Assembly: GCF_009914755.1 (NCBI RefSeq)
Contig: NC_060933.1
Reading direction: 5' to 3' (one strand)
DNA length: 64,000 nt
From: the human T2T-CHM13v2.0 reference genome, Homo sapiens
Part shown: piece after piece, positions 54,641-64,000 of the stretch
Numbering within the stretch: position 1 is the first letter of the stretch
Layout: every line of letters starts with the position of its first letter
Made by a program: the position numbers and the translations under genes
Notes under the pieces: model-generated
Databases searched by the model: none
What the model was told of the DNA's origin: nothing
What the model saw: only the letters and a program-made list of their open reading frames with translations

Positions 54641-57600
54641 ACACACATAACAAAACCAAAACTCCTCCTATTTGTGCATATAGCTTACTTAGGCTTGGGT
54701 GCGTGGAGGAGGTCTGGAAGGCAGCATGCCAGGCTAGGAAGGCAGGACCTCTGGTGTGGGAGTGGGGAGTACAGAGTGAACTTCATTTTTGGTTTATTTC
54801 CTTTTATAGCATTTGAATTATTTTATAATCATGATTCCTTTCATAATAAAAAATAAACATTCTAAAATTAATGCCTCTACCAAGTGAACAACCTTTCTGC
54901 TTTCACTGGCCATTTGCTTCTGTCTTCTGCGCGGTTTCTGAATAGAGGTGAGTGCTATGGCCTTGAAGGCAGGCCCAGGCCACATCAGGCTCAGCACGTG
55001 TGCTCCTGGGTGCCCCCATGTTCAGATGAAGGAGGAGGCCCAGAGAGGGTCTCGGACCCATGAGGGGAGAGGCTTCCTGGTCCTAAGAAGCTGCAGCTCG
55101 CGTCCCAACTGGGATTTGTGCTGGCCCGCTGTGCAGCTCCCCTCTCTGAGCCTCGGTTTCCCCCATGCACTGAGAGGCTGCATTCGATGACGGACAGGCC
55201 CTGCCATCGCTGACAGTCTTGGATTCCAGGTTTCAAAGACCTGGTCCTTTCTCAAAACAGGAGCTGGCAGGAACCTGCCCCTCCCATGGCCAGTCTCCAG
55301 GTACCGAGGGCACCTGGCTAGGATGACATTTCATTCCATCCTCTCTATAGTTCTGTGAGGGAGAACCTGTGTTATCCCCACTTTACAGAGGAGGTAACTG
55401 AGGCCCAGGGAGGTTAAGTCACTGGCATAAGGTCACACAGCCAGTGGGTGGTAGAGCTGGGATGCAGTCCTGGGTCCCCACCAGGAGGTGGTGGCCTGGG
55501 AGGAGGGCTGAAAGGGCATGTCACACACCATGCCTCACAGCTCATAACCAGGGTCCCAGGCATGTGACCTTCCTGGGTGTCTGCCCACACCCCGGGCCCT
55601 GCCTCGGTGATGGGGGTGGAGGGATGCCCCCCAACCCCTCTCCACAGACCCTGTCCCTCCCTGTACTCCCCTTTCCTGGAGTGAGGTCATGTCTGTCCAG
55701 ATTCCAGTTTGGGGGGAGGAAGGGGAGAACAAATGAGGAATTTGCTTTGAATGCCTATTTTTTAAAAACCATAAACAACCAGAACTCTCTCTGAGACCAT
55801 GGGAATTGTTTTGAAAAATCATGAGGCAGAGAGGGGGCAAATGGAAGAGAGTCATACATCGGGGATAATAGAGAAAAGAGGATGGAAGCTGACAATAACA
55901 TCGGTACCATGGTTGTCATCGTCATGGCCACCACTTGCAGAGCATTAAACCCGTGCTACGGCAGGTTTTATGTATGTGAACCCAGAGAATCTCCATGAGA
56001 ACCCCAGGAAGCCAGTGCTGTTGTTTTCCTATTTCAGGGATGAGGAGTCAAGCCACGCACCCCACAGGCATTCTATCAACGTGGTTGGCAGGATGGGCAG
56101 GCTTGGGCCTGCAGGTCTCAGGGTTCCTTTGGCTGTGGCTCCAGGGCCCCCAGCCAGCCCCAGTGCACCCAGCCCACAGACAGATCCCAAAGGGCTGGAG
56201 TCTGCCACCCTGGCCCTCACGGAGCAGGCCCTGGAGGGAGCTGCCATTGCTGTGAGGACTCGAACACAGGTCTGCCTGACCGCAGCCCGTGCTCAACTGC
56301 CCGGACAGCACAGTCCAGATATGGTGTCCAGGCAGGGAGGAGCTGGGTTCAGAAAGGCCCCTGGGCTGGGCTGGGGAGGACAAAAGAGGGCAAGACTGAG
56401 CCAGGAGAAGGCCCAGGCATGTCCCACCGAGGGACAGTTAAGGCCCAAGTTGGGCAGGCTGTGGACTGGAGAGGAAGCTGCAGGAAGCTCTGAGGAAGGG
56501 AGACATGGGAGTGCAGGGACCCCGCTGCCTGTCAGGGTGGGAGCTGAAGGTCAAGGCTGAAGGTCAGGTCCCTGGACCAGCGCAGTGCTGCCCACAGGCC
56601 TAGGGCCTCGGGCTGAGGGGACCCAGGCAAGGGCCAGGGGTCCAGGATGCAGTTCCCTCTAGGTTTGTCACGTTGGCCCCAGGTGGGGCTGGAGTCGCTC
56701 ACTATCCAGGCTTGCTCTCAGAATTCAGGAGCCAAATGGGTCAGGTAGGGAGGGCCAGGAACTCTGCTGGAGGGGTCTGGTCTCCTTTTGCTCACCACTG
56801 GATCCTGGGCACCAGGCCTGACACAAGCAGATGTCGGCAAGGGGAGGAATAGTGGGGGTTTGGTCCAGCAGCCAAATAGTTACTAAGTCCAAACAAGGGA
56901 AGGCCGTGGGGCAGGCATCGGAGGGGGTACTGAGGGAGCGCCATGCTGCAGGTAGGGGGACAGCATTAGCAAGGGGTTAAGGACCTTAAGGACGGAGCCC
57001 AGGCAGCACCAGGAAGCCAGCTCCGCTCAGAAGAAGGGTGGCGACCACGGGAGAGCTAGAAAGGGAGGACCATGGGAAACAGGGCCACGGATGGCTCCTT
57101 GGCAGGGGTAGCCCCGAGCACATTCTTGAGAGATGTCCTCAGCCAGCATGGAAGGAACCGCCACGTGCTTTGTACAGAGGAAGTAACCCAGAGACGCAGA
57201 AGATGAGGACTCGGGTGCTGGGGACCCCAGGTGTGGAGGCCAGAGGGACCCAAAAGGCCAGCAGCATTGGGAGGGGGCCAGCCTGGACAAAGGGCTTGCA
57301 GGGCCTTCCTGGCTGGACCCTGCTGGAAGAGGACCCAGGCGAGCACTGCAGCCCTGGTGGGGGCTCAGCCAGAGGACCCAGCCTGGCCACCGCCTTACCT
57401 GCTGAGCTCTGGGGCTGCAGTCCAGGCAGGCCCCACCCAGTACCCCACTTTTCCTTCTTGCTCCCTGCAGTGGCTCTCCCCCGGCATTGTTGCTTCAGGA
57501 TTTTACAACTCAAATTCCCACATGGCGTCCCGGCCTGGGTGTCTGTGGGGGTCCTGAGCCCGGGCACCCCTCTTTCCTCCATACTTGCCCACAGCAGCTC

Positions 57601-59483
57601 TTTCCATTTCCTGCCGCAGCCTCTGGAGACACCACACGCCACGGATTTGGGGCAGATGTTGGACAGGGCCTCCAACACTCAGGCTTACCACCCTGTTAGG
57701 GGAATGTGAGCCAGAGAGGGTGAGCAGCTCAGCTGAGGTCACACAGCCAGATGGAGGCAATTAGGTTCGAGCCATAGTCGGCTGCATGCCACCCTCCTGG
57801 TCCTAGCTCTGGCCATTGTCTACAGGGCCCCACAGGCCCCCTACCTCCCCTTAGAGGGCAGAGAGGAAACTGGCTGTGCCCCCATCTACAGAGGCAGGGC
57901 TGGCCCGCAGGTCCTGGGCCCAGGAACTGGGGGGCTCCAGCTGGTGGTAGAAATCACTCGCTTCTGTGAGCTACAGAGAGGCTGGGGTGGGGTGGTGTGA
58001 AGGTGTGTGCCAGCTTCGTCACTTTCCACATTATCTCATCCATTCTGCCTCCCTGCATTGACTCTGCCCCAGGTGCTGCTAGGTGAGAAGGCAGGGAATG
58101 GAGTGGGGCAGGACTCACAGAGCCTGCCCTGCGGCCCCAGGTGCCCAGCCTCCTGGTGAGGAGCTTGAAGTCAGGACCAGAGTCCCCGCCCTGCCATATG
58201 CCAGCCCTGCAAGCGCCTAGCTCTCAGAGACTCACATTCTTCATTTGTAAATGGGCCTCTCCGAAGCTGTTCCCGAGCTCTGAGCTCTGCAGGACCGGAT
58301 AGCGTTTGAGGTGCTCAGCTCCAGGCCTCCATAAACGTCACTGTTAATCATCAGTGTCCTCAGCTGAGAACAGCAGTCATAAGAGACTGTTTGAAATGTT
58401 TATTAGCAGTATAACTTTTATAGTTTGAAATAATCCAATAAAGATTTGTTTTCTGAAGAACCGGGACAAGAATCACAAAATAATAATGATAATGATGGGA
58501 GGCCTTCCACAAACAAAGATCACAGATGCGGGGAAGCCAAGGGGGACAGCAGGTCCCTGCGTTTGATGGGGGGTCCTGCCTAACCGTGGCTGGGATCCCC
58601 TGGCATAACCCTTAGCCTCTGCTGGCGCCCAGAGCCGTTGGTTGCCCCCTTTTCGCTTTCTGCCAGCAGGAGGTAAGCCCACGCCCATCAGACACAGGGC
58701 CCACCTGTTCTTTGCCCCAACACACACCATTCTTCAAATGGCCCAGAGGGAAATACAACCCTCACTTTACAGCTGTATGAACCGAGGCTCAGAACAATTA
58801 AACAGCTCAGGAAAGGCCACTCTGTCAGTCCACAAAACCTGCCGAGGCCCCTCACAGAGGTTGTCACAAAAGGCGCCTGCCTGTTGGGGTCCCGGTTCCC
58901 TTCTTAGCCCAAGAGGGCAGTGTGTGAATTCTGGGAGTGGAGTTGAGTCCTGATCTGTGCCCAGGGACCTCAGGAAGCCACTCCCATCCCAGGCCTCTGT
59001 CTCCACCTGGTGTCTCTATGGGTACTGGGCTGCATCCACCTCTGAAGAGGCCACTTTTGGGGATGCAGGTCCAGGGCAAAACTCACAACACACACTTGTG
59101 GGTTTGTTGTGGAGCTGAGAGCCAACCCTTTCAGCAAGTTGGTTGAATAAGGGGGTGCTCTGTGGATCTCAGGGGGGCTCTGCTCCCCATATGACTGGAA
59201 CCCTGTCTCCAAGGGCTGCATCCTATCGGGTTATTGAGGGTGACTGAGAAGGACCCCCTCACAAGCCAGTCCTCCTAACTCTGCCCCTGGATCCCCAGAG
59301 TTTGCCAGGGATAGGTGCCTATCCACCGACAACTTACTGCATGCTCCACAGCCTGTTTAATCCTAACAGGTATTAGTATCCCATCTGACAGATAAGAAAA
59401 GTGAGACTCAGGCTAAACACAGCGGCTGCCACCCAGGAAGCACTCAGTGAGTGTCACATGGCTATTTAGAAACGCAGTTGTGT

Positions 59484-59982
<499 letters not shown>

Positions 59983-62900
59983 TCACATCTGGAATTCACT
60001 ATATACTTAAAATGGATAATTTATACAAAGACTGTGTATTAGGGACATCTCATAGTAAGAAAAATTAAGGATCGAGCTGACTGATCTTTTGGGAATGATA
60101 GATATGTGGAAAAATACAATAAAGATCTAATTTGGGTCAGTCAAAAAAAAAGAAAGGAAGAAAAGTGAGGCTCAGAGAGACTCACTGACTCACTCAAAGA
60201 CACACAACGGAGGGGAAAGAGGTGGGTTTTGGACCTTGTCTCCCACCAAAGCCTGCACAGAGCCCTACCCCGCAAAGCCTCTCATCCCAGTGACCCCTCA
60301 CGAGGACCCGCAATGCCGCTTTCAAACCCCTGGTTTTCCACTCTCTTGCTGGGTTCTTGCCCAATCCCAAGAATGAGGCAACACAAGGCTTTACTATCCT
60401 CATCTTACAGACGAGGAAACCGAGGCTCAGAGGGCAAAGTGACTTTCCCGAGGCAACAGCTGGCAGGTGTCAGAGCCGGGACTGAGGTCTAGGGTTTCCA
60501 GCTCCACTGGCCCCTGTCGGGTCGGAGCTGGTGGAGAATCATCCGACCCACTGGAGCCTTACTTCTTCATCCTCACTGGGCCCTAATTTTCCCACCTTTA
60601 AAATGGGAGGGTGGGTCCCTGTCAGCTCAGCTGACCGAAAATCTCAACGACAATCTAATCAGTGCTGCCCTGGCCCCAGGAACTGACCGGGATGCTGGCC
60701 TCAGCCCCTCCTGTGAGCTGCTGGTGAGTCAGCTCTGACCAGCAGCTGATCACAGCCCCCTCGGGCCAGACAAAAGGACCCGGGGGGAGAACTAGGCACC
60801 CCCCATCACCTGCAAACAGGGCACCATTTCTACATGGACACACAGGCTCTGGGTCCAAGTCCCAGCTCTGCCACCTATGAGCTGTGTGGCCTTGGCTAAG
60901 GCACTTCTCCTCTCTGAGCCTTTATTTTCCCCTCTGCAAAATGGCACAACAGTATCTGCCTGAATGGGTTATGAGACAAACGGGCTACTGAGCATGAAGC
61001 CCTTTACCCTGGCAAGAAGGGGGCACTTCACCAATGGGGGCTCCTAAGAAGTGCCTCTTGTCAAGGTTCCTCTAACCCACAGTGAGGCCCTTGAAACAGA
61101 GGCTGAGCATGCAGCCTGGCCCACCCTGGGACCAGCTCCAACAGCAGCCAAGGCGGCCGGAACGTTAATTAATCTCTGATTTTCCAAACTGACAACGTTA
61201 AGGGCCACGCTACTTCCTGTGCAGATAGTGAGGCTGGGCAAGAACTGGGGAGGCCCCAGGGTGGCCTGGAGGCTTGGGGAGCTGGGGGATGGGGTACCAG
61301 GCCCACTGTGCAGATAGGGGAACTGAGGCTCAGAGAGGAGAGGAGGCTTGCTGAGCTGAGAATGGAGGAAGGAGTCCAGGGGTTCTCAGAAAATGGACCT
61401 AAAAAGGCGTATCCCGGAGGGCCTCGAATGCCAAGCTAAGGAGTTCCTTCTTTGCCTTGTCATGACGCTCCCCAAAGCCACCATGTGCCGCTCCTGTGCT
61501 AAGCATTTTGCTTGGACACGTGCCCCCGATTCTTCAACTCAACCTCGGGCCAGGTGGTATTGGTACTGGCAGAACATTTCAGACCAGGTGACCGAGAACT
61601 GGGTACCTCTGCCAAATCACTCTGCTGAGAAGAGGCAGAGGTAGGATCTGCACCCTGGTCCCGACCTGATGCCTAAGCCTGAAACCCTGTTCCACACGGA
61701 CGGGGGACCCAAGAGGAAGAGAGTCATCTCCAGCTGCGACCACATCCAGCTCATGTCCACCATGGGGGCTGCACGCCGGCGCCAGCCCTGGTTTGGCCCC
61801 AGTGGAGGGCGCTGTGCCAGACCCGTTCCTGGCTCATCCGGTCTCTCCAGTGGGCTCCAGGGACACACCTCACCCACGAGGCCCAGCCCGGTTTCAGGGT
61901 TTCAGGGCTGAGAGGTTTGCCGACTGAAACCAGGCAGGTAGCAGCACCCTGTAGGGTGGGGCGGGCTCAGAACCTGCCCGCCTGGTTCCCAGGGCATAGG
62001 GAGCAGGTCCAGCATGGGGAGGTGGGGGAAAGAGGGGGGTGCCGACCCCACCCACCCTACAGTCCAGGGACCAGCAGAGGCAGAGTCGGGGCAGGGACTC
62101 CATTCTCCCAGGTCTCAGAGTTGTCCCAAGCACCACCATCTCCATCATGTGCCTGAGACAGCAGGGAGAGCTTGGGGTCCAGAAAGGTGGTGACACTCTC
62201 CTAGGGCCACACAGCACATCCAACAGAGCTGGGTTGGCATAGACCAGTGCCTCGCTCAGGGCCTTTCTACTTTCTACTTGCCCCCCACCTACTGTCACAA
62301 TCGACACACAATAGCAGCAGCCACTTGTCAGCACCACCTCTGTGCCCAGCACGGCACTGCACGTGCACACTCATTATTTCACGCACTGTCCTCACTTCCC
62401 AGAGAACACTGAGGCTCAGAGAGGTTAAGGGACTTCTCCAGGGACACACAGCTTGTAAATGACATGAACTCTCAACAGGGAACCAACGTTTGGGCAAAAC
62501 CATCTCACCCTGGCCTCCGCAGCACCAGCCTGTGGGTGGCCTCCACGGGAAGGGCAGACACAGGGCTCCTGCTCAGGACCTGTAATCAGGTGGGAAGTTG
62601 GGGGTGGGAGGGGTAATGACAGGCTCCATCAAGTAGCAGGAGGGGGACCAGCAGCCCATCCACGAGAAGAGCCTGAGCCAGCAGCCAGAATCTGGCAGGC
62701 CAGGAAGGAGGAGGACAGCTGAGTGTCCCCCACCCAATCAATTCCTGTCCAGAAGAGGGACCATACCAGAGAAGGCAAGGGACGGATTCAGGGTCCCTCC
62801 ATGAGCCATCCTTGGCAGAAGGGGTACAACAGCAGACCCCTGGGACCCCCCTTCTGGGCCTGAGAGAAACAGGGCCTATGGGATTCCCACCCCACCACTA

Positions 62901-63523
62901 CCTGCCCCCTAGCACAAGCCCAACAGGGTGAGGCAGGCTCCCCAGCACCCAGGGGCCAGTCAAGTGGCCACCCAGCCTGTGCCTCTAGTCACTGCCCCCC
63001 AGCCAGGCCACTCCCGTCCTGTGCCCGCCGCAGCCACTGAAGTCCTGCCTACTCCATCCTGGCTGCCTCTGATCCTTCCCACACACAGGGGCCACAGGGG
63101 AGTTGCCCAACGTTTCCTGGCTCAGAAACCTTCCAGTGGTACAGCTCCTACTGCCTCTGGGATGGAACTGAGCTCCTTACCATGCCCGCAGGCCCAAGTC
63201 ATCTGGGGTCTCGCAGAGGCTGCTCCCCATGTCCGGAATACAGTCTTCCGCCAAGCTCACTCCTCAGCCCACCACCATGCGTCTTTCAACTGGAAAGCCC
63301 CAGGCTGGGTGGGAGCCCTCCACCTATTCCCGCAGCCCACCGCTGGCCTCCTGGTGGGTAAAGGTCTGTTCCTCATGTGGCTCCCACAGGCAGCACCCCT
63401 GCTCCTGGGGCAGGGCCTGGCACGCAGTGGAAAAGGAAGGGAAGCCCACAGCAACAGGCCAGAAGTGCCAATCTCAGGCCAGACCCACCCCCAAAAGAGA
63501 GCCACGAAGCCACTGAGCAATAA

Positions 63524-64000
<477 letters not shown>

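Noticed and set aside
60711-60755. Hairpin as a pre-miRNA
   Set aside because: The stem of about 18 bp is too short and the flanks do not extend the pairing.

Overview
Human (primate) genomic DNA from the LRSAM1/NIBAN2 locus, which I recall lies at 9q33.3-q34.1. The + strand carries the last 14 coding exons of LRSAM1, a RING E3 ligase (coiled-coil, SAM, PTAP/PSAP, C3HC4 RING; residues 261-723; stop 23859-23861; AATAAA at 24441). The - strand carries exons 2-14 of NIBAN2 (FAM129B/MINERVA; stop 27811-27813; AATAAA at 26318-26323). NIBAN2 exon 1 lies beyond the window end. All exons have GT-AG boundaries and splice into intact frames: 1392 coding nt for LRSAM1 and 2186 for NIBAN2. The genes converge about 1.8 kb apart. 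Introns are dense in Alu, with MIR, L2, old L1, MER5A, MER58A, MLT1 and two ERV1 solo LTRs. Nearly all ORF-track entries outside the exons are Alu-derived or GC-rich shadow ORFs. I find no new protein-coding system. The most interesting observations are: an LRSAM1 exon junction that regenerates its own 5' splice site; a bidirectional palindromic poly(A) signal plus a strong CTCF motif between the genes; an AP-1 cluster over the convergent ends; ARE and TEAD motifs suggesting feedback on NIBAN2; a five-insert nested transposon stack with readable TSDs; and two tiny orphan retro-inserts. Gene identities, residue numbers and repeat subfamily names come from recognition, not database searches.
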